In this document: one piece after another, positions 37,437-49,361 of the stretch
How the letters are laid out: each line of letters opens with the position of its first letter
Numbering within the stretch: the stretch's first letter is position 1
NCBI RefSeq assembly: GCF_006345805.1
Contig: NC_043007.1
Coordinates: forward strand, 70,494,001-70,558,000
Origin: Octopus sinensis
Taxonomy: Eukaryota
Length of the DNA: 64,000 nt
Direction: 5' to 3'
The notes under the pieces: model-generated
What the model saw: the letters and a program-made list of their open reading frames with translations, nothing else
The model's database searches: none
Told to the model about the DNA's origin: nothing
Program-made: the position numbers and the translations under genes

Positions 37437-37953
37437 TCTATATATATAAAACTGTAGTTGTGTGAGTGTCTGTCTCCTACGATTTAGATTCCTAACTCCT
37501 CCCACATTTTGCGGTGCAGTTTAACCAAATTCGGGTATCTTATAGTCGTGATTCATATCGAGCCCGTCTGAGTATTAGTGCGCGTCTACGATGAGTCTAC
37601 GATTTTAAAAATAATTTAACATCATTTTTTATTCCATTTTAATGCATAATTTTTCGTGTGTCGATGGCGGCGGAGTTGGTGTCCACGCTCAAACACCTGC
37701 ACCTGTGTTTGCTTCTCCCCCTTCTTCTCTCCCTGGTGAAGCTGTGGGGAAGGGAGTTTAAGGAAATCAACGTCGTAATGCGTTGTCAAGGAGACCAGCG
37801 TTCTTTTAGAACAACGACTTCATGGCTTGAAGACACCAAAACAGAAATGGCTAAGAAAGCCCGAATTGGCATCTATAAAGGAAGTAACTCTCTAAAAATG
37901 CTTATATAGTTATTTCCCTTACAAACCCGAGCAACGCCGGGCGATACTGCTAG
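37437..37953 (+). mobile_element. Non-autonomous Helitron
   Basis: 5' TC at 37437. The 3' hairpin cccgagcaacgccggg is followed by CTAG (37950-37953). Inserted between A and T with no TSD. A second copy is at 53453-53848. Confidence 0.9.
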
Positions 37954-38274
37954 TATATAATAGAGCCAGAGTGAGAGGTGAAGGTAGAGGAGATAAATGG
38001 CAAAGGGAGCATCGTATGAATGAGAAGGGCAGAGTTGATATATGAATAACGAAGGAAGATGAGAAAAAGCCGATAAACGGCGTTTGAAGTGTGAATATAT
38101 GTGTGCATAAACGAGAGGTATGTTTGCGTCGGCGCACGCGTGTGCGTACAATGGAAATGGGATGGTAATGTTCAACGCTGAAAATGTGTGAGTATATGTG
38201 TGTATGTGTGTGTGCGTACAAGAGAACTATGTGCAACTTTACATATACATGTAAAGTAAAAAAAAGTCGGAAAA

Positions 38275-38625
38275 ATAATCCAGAATCCTAGTTCGGTACC
38301 GGATTGATTCCAAAATTTAAGTAGTTCGTGCCAGTCAAGAGGTCAAATGTCCTTGAAAGTTTCATCCGGATCCACCCAGCGGTTCTTGAGATATCTTGTT
38401 AACGGACAGACAAACAAACAAACAACCACGACTGAAAAACAATATCTCCGCCTACGTGAAGGCGGTGGTAGTCTTCTTCAGTCGTGTTTGTTTGTTTGTC
38501 CGCGAACAAGATATCTCAAGAACCGCTGGATGGATTCGGATGAAAGTTTCAGGGATGTTTGGTTTTGTGACTGGCACGGTCTCATTATATTTGGGATCGA
38601 TCTGGAAACGGACAAGAATTCTGGT
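38275..38625. mobile_element. Inverted pair of DINE-1/Helentron-like non-autonomous elements sharing one central hairpin
   Basis: ~165-bp diverged arms share the perfect core aacaagatatctcaagaaccgctgg and (gttt)n. The central hairpin ccgcct-acgtga-aggcgg is at 38448-38465. Family assignment is by recalled resemblance. Confidence 0.65.
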
Positions 38626-39528
38626 GCCCGAAACATCTGTGACAAAATAGACTGGCAAACGACAAGAGGCAGACCAAGAAACAAAAACGAACGCTAGAGT
38701 GCGAATCTCAACTGAGTCTCATTGGAAGTTGTTCTTTCTTCAGGAGAGAAATTCCAATGTAGTTAGTAAATTTTTACATCCGATGTTTGTGCCTTACAAG
38801 AAGAACAAGGTAGTGCAGTAATCAGAGAATGGCAGAGTCAATTTATGGAGTCAACTTGAGATCAAAAGCGAAGCTGAGAAAGTATCGCTAGTTCACCACT
38901 CGTCACCCACGGTTTCTGTAAGATATTCATAAAGGTAAGTATTTATTTTGTAAAGACATGACTTGAGCTTGGAAAAATTCAGCATCTATATTAATAAACG
39001 CGAAATTCTGTCTGTCCGTCCGGGACCCTAGAATCTCAGTCTACATTTGCTCTACATAGACATATTATAACGTTTTGGAATCAGGATGATCCTGGGGTCG
39101 AAAATCTGACCTTCATTTAGTTCTTGAACATACAACATTGCGATCTGATTTAAAAGCATCTGGTTGCTATTTCTAACAGGTAAAGCTTGGCTGATTCACG
39201 CTATATTGGTTGGCGTTTGTCAGATGATGTCAGAGATCAAGGGGGAGATAAATGAAATTCGCTTCGTTAATTTTACGTCGAGATAAGAACTTTGGAACAA
39301 ATTGGCCAACAGTTGGAATTCAACTTGAGAATGGAACAATAGAATGATTGCATTAAAGAATTAATTTTCGTCATCCTTAACCTCTGATCAAATACCACCG
39401 GGGCATATAGTCATTATAGACGTATTATAATCATGCTATTTAGTCTCTTTTAGTTTTGGGTCGCAGGCCAAATTAGCCTTCCGCAGGAGCTAGATGAAAA
39501 GTCGGCACCGAGTGCAGTTTTTAAGCTA

Positions 39529-40152
39529 CAAGGTGTTCAATAAGTCTCTCCGCAGTAAGTATTCTATTGCAAAGTAAATATTTATAAGATGCTATATGAC
39601 TACAAAAGAATATATTAGACTTTACAAGACTTAAAAAAATATTATAAGAGGTGTTGAAAGTATCATACTTCATTTTCAATGCATAAAATTTAATTTCTTT
39701 TTTATTATCGTGTGAGCACTTCCTAGACGGATTTCCGTTTCCTGTGACAATTTGCGTAAGGACTTTGGTAGGCTTGCCAACAGTTTATCAGAAATATTGG
39801 AGAGTGTTTCGTCTGAAAGAACAGTAGGTTTACCGCTTCTTGCTGCGTCTTCCACTGAGCCTGTACTTTCTAAATTTTCTCTTCAAATCCCGCACAGTGT
39901 AACGATGTGGAACAACGGTATTTGGAAAAGTTTCACTGAACTTGTTTCGCAGTATCTGTGTATTTGTTTCCAGCTCGAAACACCCATTCAACTAAAAACA
40001 TACGTTCTTCAATGGTTAGCATGTCGACACGCTGAAGGTACACAATGACTGAGGGACAATGGCTGATACCCGACCGTCCACGCAGTGATAGCCAAGTTGC
40101 GCATGCGCAGGATGAAAAAAATTTCCTGCGGACAGACTTTCTGAACACCCTG
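39529..40152 (-). mobile_element. Internally deleted Tc1/mariner-superfamily element
   Basis: TA-flanked TIRs caaggtgttcaataagtc / gactttctgaacaccctg. The minus-strand transposase start is MLTIEERMFLVEWVFR. Confidence 0.8.
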
Positions 40153-40211
40153 TACTAAGACCTACATTAACTCTTCCAAATATATCTAGAAATACTTCGT
40201 TATGGAATATA

Positions 40212-40960
40212 CTAGGTCTGATCAATAAGTATCCGGACTGTGGCCATAGTAACGAAGCTAAAGCATGCAGAGAGAGGCCGCTTGGCAAAGGTCGACCTTG
40301 AACTCTGCTGTGTATGTGCACTTAGTTTTAACGTACTAACTCACTTATGCTGTTTACAGCAGTGCTTGGAAGGAAGGTGTGTAGTGTGTGATCGTCGCAT
40401 TGACCATGACAAAGAAAGCTGTCATGGCGATACATGCTCAGAGGCCGACGCAAAGTTGCAGAAAGTGTATGGAGATGAGTGTATGAGCTGCACACAAGTG
40501 TACAAGTGGTTCAGATGTTTCCAAAATGGCCGAAAAAATGTAGATATTGACGAACGTCCTGGGAGACCTACAACCAGCAGAACTGAGAAAAGCATCGTCA
40601 AATCACCATCCGTTAGTTATCAGAGGATATGCAGATTGGTTCAATCCATTATCATAGAAGATTTGGATGTGGGACGTGTTTGCCAAGTTTGTGCCTAAAC
40701 TGCTTTCAGCTGACCAAAACAGCACACTGGTTTCAGTTGCACAAGATGTCCTTGATTGTGTCGAAAATGATTAAAACTTTGTGTAGGCCTCAATGCAATG
40801 ACCACACGCTGCACACCTTCCTTCCAAGCACTGCTATAAACAGCGGAAGGGAGCTGGAACGTTAAGACTTATTGGGCATGCACAGCAGAGTTCAAGGTTA
40901 ATCTGTGCCATGAGGCTTCACTCTGTGTGCTTTAGTTTCGTTACCAATTGATCGGACTAC
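40212..40960 (+). mobile_element. Mariner derivative with ~190-bp inverted termini and partial transposase (HTH)
   Basis: TA-ctaggtctgatcaataagtatccggact left end. Encodes KLQKVYGDECMSCTQVYKWFRCFQNGRKNVDIDERPGRPTTS. 40790-40960 is the reverse complement of 40212-40405. Confidence 0.85.
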
Positions 40961-41274
40961 ATATTTGGCACCAATAAAAAGTTATCTGAGAACACGGTGA
41001 CCCATGAAAGACTAAGTGCTCTGAACCTACTGGATAGAGAAAGGAGAGAGGGAGAGAGAGAGAGAGAGAGAGAGAGTGGGAGGAAGCCATGTTCTAAATA
41101 TGAAATGGTTTGAGGAAGTGAATAAAAATTTGTAACAGCAATGGTATTCGTTGTAGTCGAGGGTCATCAATTGTACTGGTTATCATTAAGGTGTTGGTTG
41201 CCAGTGTAATGGTTTGTATTATTATATATGTTGGTGTTGGCAGTTACCAATTGTAATGAGTGTTGTTGTTGCAG

Positions 41275-41349
41275 ATTTGCAAGATGAAAGAAGAACAGTG
41301 ATCGAAGTTGTAAAGAAATATTTGTATAATGTCATGCCTCAACAGGCAG
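41275..41349 (+). CDS. Candidate orphan coding exon of an unidentified host gene (75 nt, phase 1-1)
   Basis: tgttgttgttgcag acceptor and gtatga donor. The only open frame gives DLQDERRTVIEVVKKYLYNVMPQQA. It is not part of any repeat I recognise. Confidence 0.5.
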
Positions 41350-41429
41350 GTATGATATAACTGAAAAGTTAATTTTGGCCTGTATGTATGTACACGTTCT
41401 TATTGTAGTTGTAAACCATAGATAGTGAT

Positions 41430-41770
41430 AGCAAGATGTCATAAGAGAAAAGAAATTGAGCTAGTGAAAGTTATAGTCGAGAGACAACGTTATGTCTCAT
41501 AGTTTGCTGATTGTAACCTTCTTACTCCCTCTGGCAGTTTGTCTTTAGTAGCCACCTGCTTGTGGCCATGACTCTAGTCGTCTTGGTTCACTAACTGTTG
41601 CTTTCACTAACTGATTTTACCTTCCTAAATACTAGTTTTTATAACCATGCAAAACTAGTCAGAAAGAGAGACATATTGTTGAGAATAATAGATTTCGTTG
41701 GTGGTACCTGTTATCTCTATTCTAACTTCTCATGGCCTAGAAGAGGTTAGAAGGGTCAAGTGGCAAAGAC
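41430..41770 (+). repeat. Unclassified interspersed repeat, copy 1
   Basis: Diverged reverse complement of ~49815-50150, sharing gacatattgttgaga..atagatttcgttggtgg and ggcctagaagag.ttagaagggtcaagtg. Confidence 0.75.
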
Positions 41771-42199
41771 ATTATTCTGCTTAGCAAAGGCATCTGGTAA
41801 ATGTAACTACTGTCACTCACAGAAAAACTATTGTTTTACATTGAGAAAAGTGCTGGTGAACTGTTAAGTGAAATTTGCTGATTGAGGATCAAATCCACAC
41901 CATACCTGCATGAAGCCACTACAGTTTTTTTCCAATGCTAAAAGCAGAAAGAAACCCCTCTCCCCGCCATCAAAAACTAAAGATATTGTGTGATACATCT
42001 AGTTACAAGCAGGTAAAACTCACAGGATTTGGATAAACTTTTGTTTGAATTTATCGGTGCATTTAACCTTTGTGTGTATAACTGTTTTTTTTTTTGGTAT
42101 TTAATGTGTATGTATAACATTTAACATTAATATTTTTAACATTTATATATTTGAGTTTATGCAGAACCAGTCAGTTTTTTACATTTAATATTTGTATAT

Positions 42200-42650
42200 G
42201 TAAAGATGATGAGCTGGCAGAATTATCGGCATGCCGGACAAAATGCTTAGTGGCATTACGTCCTTCTTTACGTTCTGTCTTCGAATTCCGCCGAGGCCAA
42301 CTTTGCCTTTCATCTTTTCAGGATCGCTGAAATAAATACCAATCAAGCTCTGGGATCGATCTAATCAACCTATCCCTCCCCCACCAAAAATGCTGGCCTT
42401 GTATCAAAACTTGAAAGCATTGTATGTATAAAGGTGGCGAGTTGGCAGAATCGTTAGCATGCTGAGCAAAATGCTTAGCAGTATCTCATCCTACTAACTT
42501 TACATTCTGAGTTCAAATTCCGTTGAGGTCAACTTTGCCTTTCATCATTTGGGGTTGATAAAACATAAGTACCAGTTGAGAACTGGGGGTTAACGTAATC
42601 AACTTACTCTCTCCCACTGAACTTTCTAAACTTGTTCCAAGATTTGAAAC
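42200..42650 (+). mobile_element. Two tandem, diverged SINEs of the 24975 family
   Basis: gagctggcagaatt..., aaattccg..gaggtcaactttgcctttcatc occur twice. Confidence 0.75.
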
Positions 42651-43119
42651 CAATTTTTATATGTATAACCCATCACAAACCAGTTACATACAATAATAAA
42701 CGGACTTTGATATGCAAATTTGGTGATTTTTAGAGTATCTTAATTTCTGCATGGAGAAGTCTGGCGATCCGGTCAAGTCCTCCCCGAACCTCTAAAGTCT
42801 AAATCCGGCTTTGCATTATCCTCAACATCCTGTATGTTATTTCCAACAATAAGTCTTATTGTATTACTATTTAGTATTAGTTTTCACAACTTGTTGAAAG
42901 TGGGCCACTTCCGGTTTGTGTCTGGGATTGGGGTTGTTTTGTTTTCAGAAAAATGGGTGGGGTCTTTTGTGTCTATCTATTTCTCAGAAAACCTGCTGTC
43001 ATCCCTGAATGTTTTCCTTCTTTGGTCATTTCATGTTATTGTGAACATGACTTTACCAGTGTGACTAATTTTCTGTTGCTTCTAGAATGACAAAATTTTT
43101 GTAAGGTAATTTAAATATA

Positions 43120-43685
43120 TTGGGTTGTCCGGAAAGTTCGTGCCATTTTATAGTAGCTTACCTTTCGACTTATTTTAGAACATGGTTGAGTCCATAAAAT
43201 AGGATTTGATTACACCTCCATTTAGAACACAGTTTAAGCTATCTTTTTTTGGAAGAAGATTTATGTTCCTATAACCTGTGTTAATTCTGTAACTCTTTAA
43301 AATGGAAAATAAGAAAGTTCATGTTCGGCACTTGATGCTTTGGGAACCAGACAAAAATTGCTGCAGCTCGACTGGGATGTGTTACCCCACCCTCCATATT
43401 CACCAGATATTGCTCCACTGGATTTCCACTTATTCAGGTCTCTGCAGAATAGTCTTAATGGTAAAAATTTTAATTCCTTAGATGACATAAAAAGATACCT
43501 TGATAAATTCTTTGCCATGAAAGCTCCTCAGTTCTGGGAAGAGGGTATTTTCTAGTTAAAGGAAAGATGGAGATGAATTGTGCAACAAAATGGTTCATAT
43601 TTAGTTGATTAAAAATGTAATGGCAAGTATTTATTGACCTTTTTCTTTCCTTTAAAAATTGGCCCAAACTTTCTGGACAACCCAG
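43120..43685 (+). mobile_element. Internally deleted mariner (DD34D type) with TA TSD
   Basis: TIRs ttgggttgtccggaaagtt / aactttctggacaacccag. MENKKVHVRHLMLW is joined to LDWDVLPHPPYSPDIAPLDFHLFRSLQN. The empty site is visible in the paralogous sequence at 46096-46120. Confidence 0.95.
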
Positions 43686-43966
43686 TATCTAGTTGTTTTC
43701 CTTACATTAACCTGAGACATATAATGATAAATAGATAATTGTATATCCATGGGTGAAAGAGTTTCAGTATATCCAACATTTTTTCCTCATTCGGTACTTT
43801 TTGCCCGTGTGTGACAGTCATAATAAACATGTTGAATTTTTGTAATCAAGCTTTGTTACAAGAAAGTTATATATTAGGATGTCAAATATCAGTAAAGCCT
43901 TGTTCAAGTAATTTTTATATTTAGGTTTGCCTTATTTTTGTATTTTTCTTATTTTGTAGTCTACTG

Positions 43967-46055
43967 CAGTGATTCCCAATGTGGTCCCTGGAGCCCACCA
44001 GTGGTCCCCAGAGAATTCATAGCCATAAAAAAATTGAAGCCATTTCAGATCTACACAATATTGTTCGATAATAAAGACACTGTTAGTTAATAATAATTTA
44101 TTTGAAGACAGAATAATAATAAGAAAACAAAATTCAATAATTATTCCATAAGAATCAGTAATGTATAATATATAATCAATGATATATTACAATCAAGAAT
44201 TACATAATTTAAATTTTACAATCACAACAGTTTCATAATAAATTTGATATTTTTAATAGATCACTACACAATATTGTTTAATAATAAATTTGATACTTTT
44301 AATTTATAGAAATAAAGTATTTATTATTTTTATTTTTTTAAAGATCAGTTGTAATAATGTCTGAACCATCTGCTAAAACGGCAAAACTGAGGAACTACAA
44401 AGAAGATTTTATCATGTTTGGTTTTCTATCTGTAGACTCAAAACCTATGTCTTGAATGTGATGCAATCATGACAAATCATTCCATGAAGAAAGTTAAGCT
44501 GGAACAGCACCAGAAATTAAGGCATCCATCATCTGTTGATAAAGGTAGGGAATATTTTGAGAATAAAAAGAAAATACAGCCAATCAAACTACCCGACTTT
44601 GTAAAGAAGATAAATACTGAAAAGGCAAAGACACTCAAGTTATTTGGTCTCTGAAATTATTGCCAGGGTTACAGTACCTCAGATTTATGGTGAGAAACTT
44701 GTCAAGCCTGCTATGATAGCTTGTGTAAATGAGGTTCTGGAAAAAGATGCTGCATCTACTCTGAGTACAATTTCACTTTCAAATAACACAATTACATGAA
44801 GACAGGATGAAATGTCTAATTTTGTTGAGGAGAAGATTGTGGAAATTCTCCAAGAGACAAATTTTTCTATCCAGGTTGATGATAGCACAATCCATAACCA
44901 AGCTATCCTTCTGGTGTATGTCAGATTCATCTATGAAGATGAGACAGGGGAAGAAATGTTATTCATTAAAAGTTTGTCTGAAACTACTAATGGAGAAGAT
45001 ATATTCAATGAAGTAATGCAGTATTTTAATGATAAAAATATTCCATTGACTAATTTGAAAAACATTACATCAGATGGAGCTGCAGCCATGACTGGAAAAG
45101 TGAAAGACTTTGTTTCTAGAATGAAATCGGTTGCTCCTCACATTTTTTATATACATTGCATTATCCACAGACAGCATTTAGTTGCTAAGAATATTGGAGG
45201 AGACATGGAACAAGCATTCAACACTGTCATACATGCAATTAACTTTGTCAAATCAAACTCAGTGAATAATAGACTTTTTATGCAATTCTGTGAAGATGAA
45301 GATTTTAAAACTCTATTGCTTCTAACAGAAGTAAGATGGCTGCCAAAAGGCCTGAAGCCTTGAAAGACTAGTGAATTTGTGGGAACCATTAATCAGCTTT
45401 CTCATGTTCAAGAGTCAGATGACTCATTACAAATCCAAGAAGCAAGCTGATACAACTAAGAAAATTTTGGAAAGACTTTCTGAGTTTAAATCAAAAATAT
45501 TCTACTTGAGTGATATTTTTAAAACAGTGAATCTGCTTAACTCAGGAGCTGCAAGGTAGAAAATCAGATTTGGTCACCTGTTCTCAGAAGATTAAAGGGT
45601 ATATGGGGAAATTAAAATTTTGGAAAAAACAGTTTGAAAAAAATAAAAAAATAGGCATCGTTTCAAAATTTTAACACCACTGTTCCTACATAAGAATGCA
45701 TTGCCCATCTTGAAGGTCTTCATGTAGACTTTGAGAGAAGATACAATGATTTATAAAAGATGGATTATCCACTCTGGTTTGTAGACCTACAAAATTATGA
45801 GCCAAGAGATGAAAATTTTTAGTTGGCTGAAATGTTGTTGAATTTGAAAGAGAATATGAAACTGAGAAGAAGAGTTGAAAAAGGTGTTTTTGCCTACATA
45901 TCGATAAAGGAATCACACCCAAATATTTTTTGACATGTAGAAACAAGCATCATTTCTTTCCCTACCACATGGATAGTAGAATCTGCATTTTCAGGTGTTG
46001 TAGATATTTTAAGTAGAAAAAGAAATAAATTAGATGTCAACAGCAGAGGAACTAT
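43967..46055 (+). mobile_element. hAT (Charlie/Buster type) transposon, right end missing; transposase pseudogene from 44357
   Basis: Left TIR cagtgattcccaa. BED-finger-like N-terminus, FSIQVDDST..AILLVYVRF, SDGAAAMTG, IHCIIHRQHL, LLLTEVRWL, FPTTWIVESAFS and KRNKLDV. Multiple stops and frameshifts. Confidence 0.9.
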
Positions 46056-46095
46056 CAGATATAAGATTTGTACAGATAATGATTTCAAACTAACA

Positions 46096-46395
46096 TGTAA
46101 GATAATTTAAATATATCTAGTTGTTTCCATTACATTAACCTGAGACATATAATGATGTGTAGATAATTGTATATCCATGGGTGAAAGTGTTTCAGTATAT
46201 CCAGCATCTTTTCCTCATTTGGTACTTTTCGCCCATGTGTGTCAGTCATAATAAACATGTTGAATATATTTTGTAATCAAACTTTGTTAGAAGAAAGATG
46301 TACATCAAGAAGTCAAATATTAGTAAAACCCTGTTCAAATAATTTTTGTATTTAGGTTTGTCTTACTTTTGTATTTTCCTTATTTTGTAGTCTAC
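46096..46395 (+). repeat. 300-bp direct repeat of 43100-43964 (minus the mariner insert)
   Basis: Colinear alignment from tgtaag.taatttaaatatatctagttg to ttattttgtagtctac, roughly 88-90% identical by eye. Confidence 0.9.
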
Positions 46396-46399
46396 CTAA

Positions 46400-46957
46400 C
46401 ACTTGCCATACAGATCTGCATTCGTGCGCCTCCAGCGGTGCCTGTGGGACAGAAGAGAGATCTCCTAGGTGACCAAAGGGCGAATCTACCAGGCCGTCAT
46501 TCGTACTATCCTCCTCTATGGTTGTGAAACATGGCCTATGAGGGTAGTCGATCAGCGAAGGCTGGGGTTGTTCGACAATGATTGTCTCCACTGCTGACAC
46601 ATTGATTGGTTTCCTACAGTCGGTCTTCGTCATCGCCTGAATCTCCGGCCCCTCCCTTCGGTGCTTCCAGAGGGTGAGCTGATTCGTGATGTCTTCCTCT
46701 CACCTCCACTTCCCAACTGGCGCAAACGCACGGGCGGGCAGCTGATGACCTGGGGAATGACGATAAAGGAGGACCTCTCTGAACTCTCAGGCCCACAGGT
46801 GGTTGGTCTGCGCAGATGGAACCACGAATGGCTCGCTATCTCCAGTGACCTCGTACGGGACCATCGAGTGTGGGCCGCCATGGTTCGTGATGCCGTCAGG
46901 GCCAGAGAAGAAGCCGGTTCAACCCACACTGGGTGAACGCTGTCACTAGTAAGTAAA
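46400..46957 (+). pseudogene. 5'-truncated RTE-clade LINE 3' end
   Basis: RSAFVRLQRCLWDRREIS*VTKGRIYQAVIRTILLYGCETW...GGQLMTWGMTIKEDL...WAAMVRDA, followed by a tcaacccacactgggtgaa...agtaagtaa tail. Confidence 0.85.
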
Positions 46958-47217
46958 TATACATTTGTATATACACACTGTACACCTGCACAACGTAACA
47001 TACAAATAGAAAATAAACGGCTCCAAAAATTTAAACCATTGTTCATCTTTGTTATTACAATGGTGATTGTGACCCTGCTCACCTAGATTTCTACATGAAG
47101 CAACAACACTGTACTTAAGGCTGAGATTTGTACAATTAGTGTTTACGCTTAATTTCGTTTCAATTCCAAATTGTAGACAGGTTTGGTTGTGTGGTAAGAT
47201 ATAATACTTTCACTATT

Positions 47218-47262
47218 ATATGGTTTCAATTTCAATTACTTTCACTATGTACACACACACAT

Positions 47263-47312
<50 letters not shown>

Positions 47313-47574
47313 TTTCATTTCTAGCAGTTTCACTATGTATTTATATACATGTTTGAATATGTATGGATATACACTCACACACATATTCAAACATGTATAT
47401 AAATACATAGTGAAACTGCTAGAAATGAAACTAATATATATATATATATATATAACGGGAAGCTTTATGAAAATAGACAAAAGACGAAGGCAGGTGGAAT
47501 ACAAACAATTGTATTATATATATATATATATATATATATGTACATAGTGAAAGTAATTGAAATTGAAACCATAT
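47218..47574. repeat. Nested perfect inverted repeats separated by (TA)n
   Basis: 36-bp arms at 47218-47253 and 47539-47574. 54-bp arms at 47309-47362 and 47381-47434. No mismatches were seen in either pair. Confidence 0.9.
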
Positions 47575-47579
47575 GAAAC

Positions 47580-47880
47580 CAGGAGTGGCTGTGTGGTAAG
47601 TAGCTTGCTAACCAACCACACGGTTGCAGGTTCAGTCCCACTGCGTAGCATCTTGGGCAAGTGTCTTCTGCTATAGCCCCGGGCCGACCAATGCCTTGTG
47701 AGTGGATTTGGTAGACGGAAACTGAAAGAAGCCTGTCGTATATATGTATATATGTGTATATGTGTGTTTATGTCCCCGTCACCTAGCGGTTCGGCAAAAA
47801 GAGACCGATAGAATAAGTACTAAAAGGTGGTGCTCCAGCATGGCCGCAGTCAAATGACTGAAACAAGTAAAAGAGTAAAG
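47580..47880 (+). mobile_element. SINE (family of 23225-23625)
   Basis: ggagtggctgtgtggtaagtagcttgct...ggttcagtcccactgcg...ggtgctccagcatggccgcagtc...gtaaaagagtaaagag. Confidence 0.85.
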
Positions 47881-48045
47881 AGTATAATAGTGAAAGCATT
47901 ATATCACATTACAATAGAGATGTTATTGTTTCACTTTATATACTTTATATATATATATATAATATATATATAAATGTATGTATATATAATGTATATATGT
48001 GCATATATTTTTATGTATGTATATGTATGTATATATCTATATCTA

Positions 48046-48110
<65 letters not shown>

Positions 48111-48575
48111 TAGCTTAAAAGCCACTCGATATGGCAGCTTTTAATCTAGTATGTAGCTTTTAAGCAACTAACTCTGAATAGGAAGATCTGCAAACAGATC
48201 TCTGACTTGTTTTGGAGAATTTGTTGCAATTGCTTCCTCTAGAGGCATATCCCAAAGAGATCATATTCAACACTAAAAATCATGTAAAAAACAAATTGCC
48301 AAAAATAATTGCTGTAAGGAAAACACAGGAATCCCAAATTTCAGGATTGCATGTCGGGATTCGGCCTGGAATGTTTTTAATTTACTCACAGTCAGCCTGA
48401 TTCTAAAATAGAATGACACGTTGGGCTATGGCATGTAGGAGTAATGTTGGAAAAGTGTGACACACTGACTTTCACTTTTATTATTTTAGATATATTTAAT
48501 TTTGGGGAAACTGTATTTCAATTAAAGTGTATTCTATGTGTATGTGTGTTGTGTGTGTTTGTGCGTGTGTGTGTT

Positions 48576-48612
<37 letters not shown>

Positions 48613-49204
48613 AAGAAAATAAAATAAAACAAAAATGATAGTGTTCAGTACTTGGTTCAGGATGCTGACCACAAGAATTTCTGTCCAGGAAAGTTGTACA
48701 CCAACTCCCTCTTTCTCCTACATACCCTCTCTCTCTCTCTCTTATTATTCCCATTGCAACCATCAACACTACTACTTTTAATAAAACATCATCAACCCTA
48801 AATTTCTTCATCTCTCTTTTTCTCTGCCTGTCTGTCTGTCTGTCTTCTACATCCACAATGGACTCCATGCCTACTATTACTCTCATCCCATGAGAGTAAT
48901 AGTATGAATGAGGAAGTGTCATTGAATAGTGAGAGAGGGGGGTCAAAGTGTGATACACTGACACACTGAAATTAGTTTTTGCATTTATTATATTAGATAT
49001 ATATATATATGTATATGTATGTATCTATATATATATATTATCTATCTATATATATATATTGTAAAGTATAGAAGCCATCTTACTGTTTACATCTCATTCT
49101 GAGATTTAATAATGCCCATATATATATCTATCTATCTATCTATCTATATATGATTTTGATTTTGATTTTTCCAGTTTCAGCTCATGAGCTGTGGCCATGC
49201 TGGG

Positions 49205-49220
49205 GCACCGCCATATATAC

Positions 49221-49276
<56 letters not shown>

Positions 49277-49361
49277 GTGTGTATATATGTGTGCATATGT
49301 ATATGTGTGTATATATATGTATATATGTGTGTATATATATGTGTGTGTATATATATGTGTG

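Noticed and set aside
44357-46055. Domesticated ZBED/Buster-type host gene
   Set aside because: Multiple frameshifts and stops, a retained TIR and a truncated C-terminus.
43100-46395. The 300-bp direct repeats as an LTR pair (tgtaa...ttaca termini and aataaa are present in copy A)
   Set aside because: Homology continues ~100 bp past the ttaca, there is no PBS or PPT, and the interior is a hAT transposase rather than gag/pol.
48387-48440. Minus-strand microexon (tattttag|aatcaggctgact|gtgagt, or a 36-nt version)
   Set aside because: The donor is perfect but the acceptor is ambiguous, the peptide is unrecognisable and there is no partner exon; such motifs are expected by chance in 64 kb.
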